Assembly: GCA_049515895.1 (NCBI GenBank)
Contig: JBEKTQ010000022.1
Coordinates: 1 to 51,080, forward strand
Source of the DNA: Candidatus Bathyarchaeia archaeon
GTDB taxonomy: Archaea; Thermoproteota; Bathyarchaeia; Bathyarchaeales; Bathycorpusculaceae
Reading direction: 5' to 3'
DNA: 51,080 bases
A program made the position numbers and the translations under genes. Below are positions 9,315 through 17,670 of this stretch, piece after piece; within the stretch, counting starts at the first letter, position 1, and each line of letters begins with the position of its first letter. The notes beneath the pieces were generated by a model that was given only the letters and a program-made list of their open reading frames with translations, was not told the origin of the DNA and did not search any database.

Positions 9315-9965
9315 TTGCGTAACCGTTTCGTTGACAGATGGAAAAAGAAAGACGAACAGCCTACTCTTGTATCGAAAGTTAAAAACGTCGTCAAGCCACA
9401 AGAAAACCTCAAGGGACAAATCGCCCTGGTCATTCAACGCATTGACGTGCAAACGAGAACATTAGACAACGCGGTACAACGATTTCAAAACCGCGACGCA
9501 GACGTCTTTAACCGAGTCGTAAAAGCTTTTTCAGAAAGGGATGAGGCACGAGCACACATTCTCGCCACAGAACTCTCGGAAATACGCAAAATCGAGAAAA
9601 TGATAACAAACGCCTCTCTTGCCATGCAAAGCGTATCAATGCGCCTGAACACGGTTTCAGAAATGGGAGACCTAGTGGCTGTGCTTAGTCCCGCGAAAAA
9701 CGTGATAAACAGCATTCGCTCGGGGATGTGCGATATACTTCCAGAAGCAAGCACCGAACTCGGAAACATCGGCAACCTCCTAAACGACATAGTCGGCACC
9801 ACCTGCCAAACCGCAGACATACCCGTCAACACCACACGAATAGACCCCGAGGCAGAAGCAATCCTAAAAGAAGCAGAGATAGCCACTGAGAGAAAACTCA
9901 AACAGCAACTTCCCGAAGTATCCGCAGGTGATTCAAGAGAAAGACTGGCAAGCTTGGAAGCCTAG
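9315..9965 (+). CDS. Snf7/ESCRT-III family protein (CdvB1/B2-like paralog)
   Basis: ARAHILATELSEIRK, SMRLNTVSEMGD, PEASTELG, EAEAILKEAE ... LP tail typical of TACK CdvB paralogs; no C-terminal wH. Confidence 0.9.
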   Translation: MRNRFVDRWKKKDEQPTLVSKVKNVVKPQENLKGQIALVIQRIDVQTRTLDNAVQRFQNRDADVFNRVVKAFSERDEARAHILATELSEIRKIEKMITNASLAMQSVSMRLNTVSEMGDLVAVLSPAKNVINSIRSGMCDILPEASTELGNIGNLLNDIVGTTCQTADIPVNTTRIDPEAEAILKEAEIATERKLKQQLPEVSAGDSRERLASLEA

Positions 9966-10011
9966 CAATCCATCCTTTCCCACCCTTTTTTACAAAACAA
10001 GAAAAGAGGGT

Positions 10012-10341
10012 TTAAGCTATTCTTGTTATGGCCCTTTTCTTTGTGTCGCTCATTTTGTTGGTTATTTCTTGAAATACCAAATAGTTCTCTTCCATAGGTT
10101 GGGAGAGGAAATATACGGTGGAGTAGTGGGTTCCGACTGGGATGACAAGTTTGTTTTTTTCTAGAATCGTCAGGTGATGCCTTATTGTCTTGTAGTCAAC
10201 TTTGAGTTGTGTGGCTAGCTGGTTTGCGTTTCTCGGGTTGTTTCGGACGCTTTTGATTATTTTGGCGCGGGTCTTTCCGCCTTTTGATCCTATGATTAAC
10301 CACCCGAGTAAATGTTTTAGCGGTTGATCGTTGGTTATCAT
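10012..10341 (-). CDS. ArsR-like winged-helix transcriptional regulator
   Basis: WLIIGSKGGKTRAKI, PRNANQLA, DYKTIRHHL motif of the archaeal wHTH family. Confidence 0.9.
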   Translation of the reverse strand: MITNDQPLKHLLGWLIIGSKGGKTRAKIIKSVRNNPRNANQLATQLKVDYKTIRHHLTILEKNKLVIPVGTHYSTVYFLSQPMEENYLVFQEITNKMSDTKKRAITRIA

Positions 10342-10374
10342 GTTGGTTTACCTGCAATTCTATATATATGCACT

Positions 10375-10395
10375 GCTACTATTTAAGGTAGTAGC
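10375..10395. promoter_or_regulatory. Putative BlaI operator 1, overlapping the TATA box of the divergent wHTH gene
   Basis: GCTACTA-TTTAAGG-TAGTAGC inverted repeat; minus-strand TTAAATA lies inside it. Confidence 0.75.
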
Positions 10396-10541
10396 TGCTA
10401 TGAACCGTCACAGCCTCCGTTCAGAGCTTGCTCAACCCATTGATGCAATACATTCGAAAAAAACAGAAGAAGGAACGGGAAACCTTCGCTTACCAAATTT
10501 TCGAAACTAAAAAGGATGCAAGTTGGGAAAAGCTTAAAGAG

Positions 10542-10560
10542 CTACTATAGAAGATAGTAG
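10542..10560. promoter_or_regulatory. Putative BlaI operator 2, just downstream of the blaI-like promoter
   Basis: CTACTAT-AGAAG-ATAGTAG perfect inverted repeat after GAAAAG-CTTAAAGA (BRE/TATA-like). Confidence 0.8.
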
Positions 10561-10574
10561 TGCGGTAGCACGCT

Positions 10575-11024
10575 ATGACTGAAGACAAAAAACCCGGATT
10601 CTCACAATACAACATGGGAGGTAAAGCCTTAGAAGCATTCTTGGGACCACTTGAAGCCAACGTCATGGAGTCAATTTGGGGCTCAAGGAAAACGCCGGTT
10701 ACAGTAAGAGAAATCTATGAAGTTCTTAAAAAAACAAGAGGCTTAGCCTACACAACCGTCATGTCTACCATGGACAGGCTGTTTGAAAAGAAGCTTCTTG
10801 ACCGCAAAATAGAGAAGGGCAGAGGCGGGCTGTACTATGTTTATTGGCCATCGCTTGAAAAGCAATCCTTTCAAAAATCCGCTGTTCGCGAGGTTCTTTC
10901 AAGCCTTATCGACAACTTTGGTGAAGTTGTGGCTAACTGTTTAGTGGATGAAACCTCCTTAAGCGAAGAAGAACGCATAGCTCTAAAAGATCAATTAAAC
11001 AGGAACATATCAAAAAAGAAGTAA
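10575..11024 (+). CDS. BlaI/MecI/CopY family repressor
   Basis: LGPLEANVMESIW, TVREIYE, LAYTTVMSTMDRLFEKKLL motifs. Confidence 0.93.
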   Translation: MTEDKKPGFSQYNMGGKALEAFLGPLEANVMESIWGSRKTPVTVREIYEVLKKTRGLAYTTVMSTMDRLFEKKLLDRKIEKGRGGLYYVYWPSLEKQSFQKSAVREVLSSLIDNFGEVVANCLVDETSLSEEERIALKDQLNRNISKKK

Positions 11025-11044
11025 GTTTGGAAGGTGTGCTTTGA

Positions 11045-12484
11045 ATGGGTTTTGAAGGCATCCTCAACCAGATTTTTCAACCATACTTCTACTATTCCGT
11101 AATATTCCTAGTTGTTTCGTTTTTATCCGTCAAAATCCTAACTAAATACTGCAGCTTCCTAGGGCAAAGAACAAAGAGCCTACTGTACCTCTTCCCATTA
11201 GTCCTTCCCCTAGCAGTTATGCTTGTCGCTTTTCCTTCAACAGGCATTCAGACAACCTACCAACAAATAAAAATCCTAAGTACAGCTGGCAATAATGGAG
11301 CCGCAAACTCGTTTCCATTTGGTCCCTTCTTTCCGCCTCCTGTGCCACAGGTTATTAATGTAACAAGCACAGTGCTTTCGGTTACAGGAATAATGTGCTA
11401 CATCGGGCTAATTGCAGGAGCCTTATTCGCGGTGTCGATGGTTCTTGCCGATGACCGATTAGCAAGAAAGATACTGCATGTAATTTTGCTGTCTCAAGAA
11501 GAGCATCAATGGCTGCAGGTAAAGATAACCGAAGCCTCCAAAAAATTAGCCATATGCGCGCCTAAAGTTGGAATCGTCGAAGACCTGCGGCCTAACGCAT
11601 TCACGATTGGCTACGGTAAAAGAGCAACAATAGTTTTCTCGATTGGACTACTCAACATACTAAACAAGGAAGAAATAGTCGCTGTTGCGTCTCATGAGTT
11701 GGCGCATGTTAAAAACAACGATTTCTTCTTCAAAACCATATCTAACGCCTTGACAACTGTTTCCTTTTTCAACCCGCTTGCATATATTTCGGCTTCAACC
11801 GCTCAAAGAGAGAGGGAAATGCTTGCTGATGAACGGGCAATAGGGCTCCTCGAAAAACCTTCGGCTTTAGGAGACGCACTTGTTAAGATTTGCAAAGCAA
11901 TTCAAAACCTGCCCAAAGAAAGCATGCTGGTTAACTTCTCTTCGAATCTTCTGATTACTTCTTCAGTTCTGCACAGAGTCGGAATACTTGCAACCCACCC
12001 GAGATTAGATATGCGACTAAGAAACATCTCTGCGCCGAAACCACACAACAATCGCTGGAGTAGTCGAAATACCCGCTTGGCTTTTGTCCTTTCCTTCCTC
12101 TTGATTTTTTCCGCTGTAGCAGTTAGCCTGGCAATGGTGGATCTGCAAGTGAATTTCACAGCGGATTTCGCAGCCTCACATTACCTGAAGGCATTTCCGA
12201 GCGATTTTAGGGTGACGGGCTACCAAATGGGTTCATTCAATGGCACTTTGATGCCCGGAGTAGCTGCGGTTTCCTTTAATGACGCGCAAAGCGTACATGT
12301 GCTAATTTACTGCCCTGACCCAGCCGCAAGAATCAGAACTAGTTACGCAGAAATGGGCGACAACGTGGGATTTAACCCACAGGAAATTTCAGTTGGAGGA
12401 TTCATCGTGATCTCCCCACAAAATCCTTCATATTCTCCAATTCAAACGCCTATTAGTTTGCCTGACTCGATATGGATAGGGTAA
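11045..12484 (+). CDS. BlaR1-like membrane zinc metalloprotease (M56/M48) with non-PBP C-terminal domain
   Basis: TM helices, PNAF, HELAH, EMLADE, THP; adjacent to the BlaI gene. Confidence 0.88.
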   Translation: MGFEGILNQIFQPYFYYSVIFLVVSFLSVKILTKYCSFLGQRTKSLLYLFPLVLPLAVMLVAFPSTGIQTTYQQIKILSTAGNNGAANSFPFGPFFPPPVPQVINVTSTVLSVTGIMCYIGLIAGALFAVSMVLADDRLARKILHVILLSQEEHQWLQVKITEASKKLAICAPKVGIVEDLRPNAFTIGYGKRATIVFSIGLLNILNKEEIVAVASHELAHVKNNDFFFKTISNALTTVSFFNPLAYISASTAQREREMLADERAIGLLEKPSALGDALVKICKAIQNLPKESMLVNFSSNLLITSSVLHRVGILATHPRLDMRLRNISAPKPHNNRWSSRNTRLAFVLSFLLIFSAVAVSLAMVDLQVNFTADFAASHYLKAFPSDFRVTGYQMGSFNGTLMPGVAAVSFNDAQSVHVLIYCPDPAARIRTSYAEMGDNVGFNPQEISVGGFIVISPQNPSYSPIQTPISLPDSIWIG

Positions 12485-12544
12485 ATCTGCTGACTGCAAT
12501 AGTCGAAAACTTGAAAACCGATCCAACTGCTTCCAATTCCTTTC

Positions 12545-13333
12545 TTATTGTGCTTGAATGTAGCTAGTAGTAAAGCCTTCTCCATCGGCTGTAATGGTTG
12601 AGACTGAAGTTAACTGCGTGTTGACGCTGTTAGTCATTTCTATCCTTGAAAAATAAAACGATTTTATCGGACCCGATTTATTTTCTGTGGCCAAATGGCA
12701 GCTTGTGAAAGTGACATTTCCAAAATCGGCTAGAGCGCTAAGCTTGGTACTCACAGTAGGCCGCTCAATTACCCACTCGCCTGAAGAACGCGTAGAGTTA
12801 TAGAAGACAGTTGTACCGAAATATTGTCCAGTTGTTGAATCACTTATCTGAATGTTCCATCGGTTTACAGATGAATCAACCAAACGTAAAGATGCAACCA
12901 TTATGTCCCCGGGAGAAACAGCTAAAGTGTTTATTCTGACGGCGTAAGCGGGGAGCAGCTCATACCAAGCATAATAGGTTTCTTGCCCACCACTCACGTC
13001 TTGTTCCGTTCCTGCCTGAATTAACGTGTTATCGAGTTGTCCGCCGACTCCAATCCACACGGATGAGTGTTCATCGCTTGCCGAAGTGACAACTGTGGGA
13101 ATAGTCCAGGAAGCGTTCATGGCAGTGACTTGAATCTTGGCGTTAGTGTCTCTCGAAATGATGTATCCAGCCCAGCTTAGGCTTGAAATAGTTTCTCCCT
13201 GAGGGTTATTGGCAAAAATTAATAGCAGAGCGGTGAGGAAAGACAGCACCAGCGCTAAGAGCATAATCCATATAAGAATAAGAAAAATCACTCGGTTTCG
13301 AAATTTCATCTTTCCAAACACGCCGTTCACCAA
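12545..13333 (-). CDS. Glutamic endopeptidase, family G1 (eqolisin-like), membrane-anchored
   Basis: SWAGY, WIGVGG, LIQAG (catalytic Gln), YYAWYE, EWVIERP (catalytic Glu), LADFG. Confidence 0.9.
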   Translation of the reverse strand: MVNGVFGKMKFRNRVIFLILIWIMLLALVLSFLTALLLIFANNPQGETISSLSWAGYIISRDTNAKIQVTAMNASWTIPTVVTSASDEHSSVWIGVGGQLDNTLIQAGTEQDVSGGQETYYAWYELLPAYAVRINTLAVSPGDIMVASLRLVDSSVNRWNIQISDSTTGQYFGTTVFYNSTRSSGEWVIERPTVSTKLSALADFGNVTFTSCHLATENKSGPIKSFYFSRIEMTNSVNTQLTSVSTITADGEGFTTSYIQAQ

Positions 13334-13539
13334 TCAGAGTCGACTAACTTCCGCCTGTTGCGATAGTGCTAGCCCGAAAAATATTCAATTAAGTTGTGCA
13401 GGCGCTAAATAAAAGTATTTGTTGAAGCAATTCTTTTCAAAGAATTGGAGGAGACGAAGTTACACTTGAAAAGCTTTAAAACAACTATTCAGGTAAGGTT
13501 TACTAACGCTTAATTCCTTGAGGGTACAGTGTACTTTTT

Positions 13540-14379
13540 ATGTTTCATGTCAAACCGATGAGCAAAGCTGATTTTCGGTTTGCGACAAAACTCGCGAACA
13601 CCATGAACTGGAACATGGCAAACGAAGACTTCCAGTTTATGATTAGTCTCGAACCTGAAGGTTGCTTTGTCGCATTTCACGGCAGGGAACGCGTTGGCAT
13701 AGCGACAAGCATAAGTTTCGGCAAGGTGGGCTGGTTCGGGAACTTGATCGTTAAAGAAAAATACCGAAAAAAGGGAGCAGGAAAACTTCTTGTAAGACAC
13801 TCTATCAAGTACCTTCAAGCGAGAGGCGCACAAACCATCGGGCTTTACGCGTATCCAAGCCTTGCCGATTTCTACGGCAATTTAGGATTCAAAGTTGATG
13901 AGGATTTCGCGGTTTTGCAAGCTAAAGACTTAGGTTCCTTAGCGTCCGAAGGCTTACCGAGAGTGACAAGGCAGCAGATTAAGGCAATTGAGAAGTTTGA
14001 TAGACAAAGTTTTGGAGGAGACAGACAGAAACTGCTTGAATCTATCATCCTTGAAAAAGGCAATTTAAGCTATTTCAAATCTGAAGAAAATGAAGTTGCT
14101 GGTTACGTTGCTGCCACGGTTTATGAGAAAATGGTTTGGATAGGACCACTGATATGCCGGGAAGGTAAAGTGGATGTTGCAATCTCGCTTCTTAGAACAG
14201 TTCTATCCAACGTGGCGGGCAAAAGCGTTTACTTGGTTCTTCCAAGGAAGGAGGCGGCCCTCGCGGACATGCTTTTTAGTGCTGGCTTTAAGGAAGATTT
14301 TTCAGTGTCAAGGATGTTTTTAGGTCAAGCTGTGGCAAAAAATTGTATATATTTGGCTGAATCTTTAGAACGAGGATAA
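13540..14379 (+). CDS. GNAT acetyltransferase (tandem GNAT, YitH-like)
   Basis: V-x-EKYRKKGAG acetyl-CoA motif, FYGNLGF, second GNAT with IGPL. Confidence 0.88.
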   Translation: MFHVKPMSKADFRFATKLANTMNWNMANEDFQFMISLEPEGCFVAFHGRERVGIATSISFGKVGWFGNLIVKEKYRKKGAGKLLVRHSIKYLQARGAQTIGLYAYPSLADFYGNLGFKVDEDFAVLQAKDLGSLASEGLPRVTRQQIKAIEKFDRQSFGGDRQKLLESIILEKGNLSYFKSEENEVAGYVAATVYEKMVWIGPLICREGKVDVAISLLRTVLSNVAGKSVYLVLPRKEAALADMLFSAGFKEDFSVSRMFLGQAVAKNCIYLAESLERG

Positions 14380-14382
14380 GAT

Positions 14383-15750
14383 TTGATGTGTGAAGATAAT
14401 AGCAAAGCTTTGGTTGAAGATTTTCTCAAAAGCTCTATGTCAACCGTGAAAATCCTAGTCCAGAAGCTTTTTGCTTTCAAACAGGAAAGACGAAGCAGAC
14501 AGGTAACACTGTTCCGCTATTTCAACGGCAAAAAAGTCAGCGAGCAGTTCAATGGAAACCAGTTCTTTTTAAGAGGTTCGGTTGAATACACAAACCCTCA
14601 CTTAACCGTTGAGGAAGTTCAGGGAATTATCGGCACCCGGCTGCTTGAGGTCTCGGCCAACTACTTTGACATCATCGGGCTGCATGAACCAGACGGAGGC
14701 GATGTTACTCAGATTTGCGAGCGTTTGAATAAGCCGACTGAAGGCTACGTTGTTCCTTTCTTGTTGAACACTGACGATGTTGAGGCTGACCGCTACTCAA
14801 TGAACCCGCTCAAGCAATCCATCGTTGACAGCGGGCAAAGCGCGTTTCCAGTGGCCTACGTTAGAACAGACAATTTGAAAGTTGATGAAGCCTACGCGAA
14901 AAAGTACGATGGATCCTTGATTTCAAAAGGCGAAACGGAACTGATAACCAGCTGCCTCAAGGCATGTGACGGCTCTTATTTGGATTTTGTTGATTCAGTA
15001 AAGTACCAGCAGCTTGAGGACTTATCCAAGTTTTTTGGTATGAATCTGTCGCTGTATTCGTTGCGGATGCCTCTTTCAACTTTGAAGTCGGAAGGCAAAG
15101 GTGGGTTGCTGCATCACATTATCAATGAAAGCCACCTTGACTATAACGCTGTAAATGAAGCTTACTCGTGCATGGGTAGAAGCATGTCGAATCGCACGAC
15201 CTTGCTGACGGTGCCACACTCAAAAAAGGGCTATGGCTCCAAACGGGCAGCTCGCGGCAAAATACATTTTGAAAACAACAAGCTTCTTGATGTCGCTGTA
15301 AAATATAAAACCACCAAACTGTATCCTAATGCGATGGACGAGGAGGATATTGCGGTCGCGCATTGTGACGACAGCTTCACAGTAACGGGAGAAAAGCTTT
15401 CAGATTACAACTTTGAGGAGACGCCGTCTTCACCGCAATTTTTCTTATACTCTTTGGGTTCACCTGAAAACGGCGCAGTTTGGCATGGCGTTGGCGCCTT
15501 CGGTTCTACAGGGCTTCTGCACAGTTATTCGTCTGCCCGTCATGCCTGCAGTGAAGGCAAATTAATCAAAAATTTAAGCGCAAAATACGGCGTTAACGTT
15601 GAATTGCCTTTGCAGTTTAACCTTGCTCCAGAAGGTATGTGGAGCCACCCAATTCACCGTAACATTGATGCTAGCATCGGAAGCATTGAAGATCTGCCGG
15701 ATTTGGTGCGTCGGGGAATGAAACTTGAGTATCTTTCGTTTTTTAAGTAG
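14383..15750 (+). CDS. Hypothetical protein (455 aa, no recognised family)
   Basis: Long ORF tightly coupled between the GNAT and HExxH genes. Confidence 0.8.
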   Translation: MMCEDNSKALVEDFLKSSMSTVKILVQKLFAFKQERRSRQVTLFRYFNGKKVSEQFNGNQFFLRGSVEYTNPHLTVEEVQGIIGTRLLEVSANYFDIIGLHEPDGGDVTQICERLNKPTEGYVVPFLLNTDDVEADRYSMNPLKQSIVDSGQSAFPVAYVRTDNLKVDEAYAKKYDGSLISKGETELITSCLKACDGSYLDFVDSVKYQQLEDLSKFFGMNLSLYSLRMPLSTLKSEGKGGLLHHIINESHLDYNAVNEAYSCMGRSMSNRTTLLTVPHSKKGYGSKRAARGKIHFENNKLLDVAVKYKTTKLYPNAMDEEDIAVAHCDDSFTVTGEKLSDYNFEETPSSPQFFLYSLGSPENGAVWHGVGAFGSTGLLHSYSSARHACSEGKLIKNLSAKYGVNVELPLQFNLAPEGMWSHPIHRNIDASIGSIEDLPDLVRRGMKLEYLSFFK

Positions 15751-15755
15751 GAGCA

Positions 15756-16304
15756 TTGGCTGCTTTGACGGCGCTGGAACATGCGGTTTTCAGAATTTTG
15801 CGTTTGTTCCGAAAACTTCCTTTTGACCCGGTTGGCCTTATGAATCAAAAAGTTGTTTTCGCAGAATATTTCAAGGGGTTCGGAAAAAATGAAGCTGTAA
15901 GAGGCATTTTCGGCGAAAAAACCGATGAAGTCCTTAGCCACCTTATTGTGGAGATTAGTTGGATAATGGGCTACATGTACGTGGATGGCAGCGACGGGCA
16001 CCTAGTCATAAGCAAAGGCTATCTAAACAACGGCGACAAAACCGACATTTACCTGGACCTAATCCATGAACTTTGCCATGTCAAGCAGTTTATGAATGGG
16101 AAAGAACTATTTGACCCACGATATGACTACGTTGATAGACCCACCGAGATTGAAGCTTATCGCTACACCGTTAAAGAAGCCAGACGCTTAGGGCTCAGCG
16201 ACCAAAGAATTTCCTGCTACTTGCGAACGGAGTGGATGAGCAACGAAGACTTTTCACGACTAGCTAAATCGGTTGGCATTCACATCTCCAACGCTTCACG
16301 ATAA
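15756..16304 (+). CDS. Small zincin-like metallopeptidase
   Basis: IHELCH (HExxH) and downstream EIEAY third ligand; start 15756 (TTG after GGAG) or 15840. Confidence 0.75.
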   Translation: MAALTALEHAVFRILRLFRKLPFDPVGLMNQKVVFAEYFKGFGKNEAVRGIFGEKTDEVLSHLIVEISWIMGYMYVDGSDGHLVISKGYLNNGDKTDIYLDLIHELCHVKQFMNGKELFDPRYDYVDRPTEIEAYRYTVKEARRLGLSDQRISCYLRTEWMSNEDFSRLAKSVGIHISNASR

Positions 16305-17470
16305 ACCCGCATCATTTTTTGGGCGCAAAGATCCCATGTGAAGTTCTCAGAAACAAACTTTCTTCCCTCTGCACCCATTTTTTCGCGCAACCCCCTATCT
16401 GACAAGAGCCTCATCACAGCATCCGCGAATTCGTCCGTGTTGCCACGCTTAACCAGCAATCCCGTTTCTCCTTCGCGCACAGCTTCGTTTATTCCGCCAA
16501 TATTGAAAGAGACAACGGGCTTAGCAGACGCTCCTGCTTCAAGCAGCACTATGCCTTGCCCTTCTTGGATTGATGGCAAAACAAAAACGTCAGCACAATT
16601 GTAGGCAGCAACAAGCAGGGCTTCGTTGAGGTTGCCTAGAAACTTGAATGTTCCCGAAAGGTTGGCAGCCTTCAAGTCGCCAAGAATATGGCTCTTTAAA
16701 GGTCCTTCCCCGACGATCACGAATCTTGTTTTCTTGAATTCTTTAACAATTTTCTCAGCTGCCTTAACAAGAAAAGGCAGACCTTTCCGGGGAATCAAGC
16801 TACCGACGAAAAGCACGCATGGTTCATCGCCTAATCCGAACCGTTGCTTGACAGCTGAAAGGTCGGCAAGCGGCTTAAACTTCTCCGGGTCGACACCATT
16901 TGGGGCAATCCGAACCTTTGATGGGTCTGCGTTGTAGAATTGCTTAATCTTTTCAACTGAATAATTGCTTATGGTTACGATAAGCGTCGCGTTTTCCGCC
17001 GTTTCCTTTTCAAGCATTGCAAGTCGATGCATGAAATAGTTGGTTGCTCTCCCCCTCAAGGATTGAGAACCGCTCTTGCGCGCCTGGTCGTACTCGTCTG
17101 CGAGTACCCCGTGAACAGTGTGGACAAACGGCTTTTTGATGCCTTGCTTTTTTAGGGTTCTTAAAAGTCCGTACCCGCTCGCCGCGTGTGCCTCGTAGAC
17201 GTCAGCATCTTTGCTGAGGGCTTTTTTGGATACGCTTCGGTTAAAGAACCAATTATCCAAAGGGAAAAGCCTATCAGTTGAATAGCACGGAACAAAACTT
17301 GCACCGTTAATGTTGACGGACTCTTTGAAGCCTGCCTTGGTGCCGCTGTAAACGGTAATGTCCGTTTGGTTTGTCAGACGCTTGGTGGTCTCGATTATTC
17401 GCCTTTCTACCCCTCCATAAAAGAGGTGTGGCGGCTGAGTGTTTAGGACGGCTAATCGAAACTTCCCCAT
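16280..17470 (-). CDS. Glycosyltransferase family 4
   Basis: GGVE, HTVHG, PNGVD, RKG, PSIQEGQGIVLLEA (E-x7-E). Confidence 0.93.
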   Translation of the reverse strand: MGKFRLAVLNTQPPHLFYGGVERRIIETTKRLTNQTDITVYSGTKAGFKESVNINGASFVPCYSTDRLFPLDNWFFNRSVSKKALSKDADVYEAHAASGYGLLRTLKKQGIKKPFVHTVHGVLADEYDQARKSGSQSLRGRATNYFMHRLAMLEKETAENATLIVTISNYSVEKIKQFYNADPSKVRIAPNGVDPEKFKPLADLSAVKQRFGLGDEPCVLFVGSLIPRKGLPFLVKAAEKIVKEFKKTRFVIVGEGPLKSHILGDLKAANLSGTFKFLGNLNEALLVAAYNCADVFVLPSIQEGQGIVLLEAGASAKPVVSFNIGGINEAVREGETGLLVKRGNTDEFADAVMRLLSDRGLREKMGAEGRKFVSENFTWDLCAQKMMRVYREALEM

Positions 17471-17670
17471 TCAATACACTTCTCAAAGGCGGTTTTTTGT
17501 TTTATATTAGGCTATTGTTAACTTATTTTTGAATATAAGTTCGATTGCTTTTTTGATTATTTCGGAATTGCTTTTAGGTGCTTTGCAGAACTAGAATAGA
17601 ACAGGTTCATTTGTTGGTTATTTGGCGCTTTATAGTTTAAATAGTCTTTTAACTTATTTTGCGGTACGGG

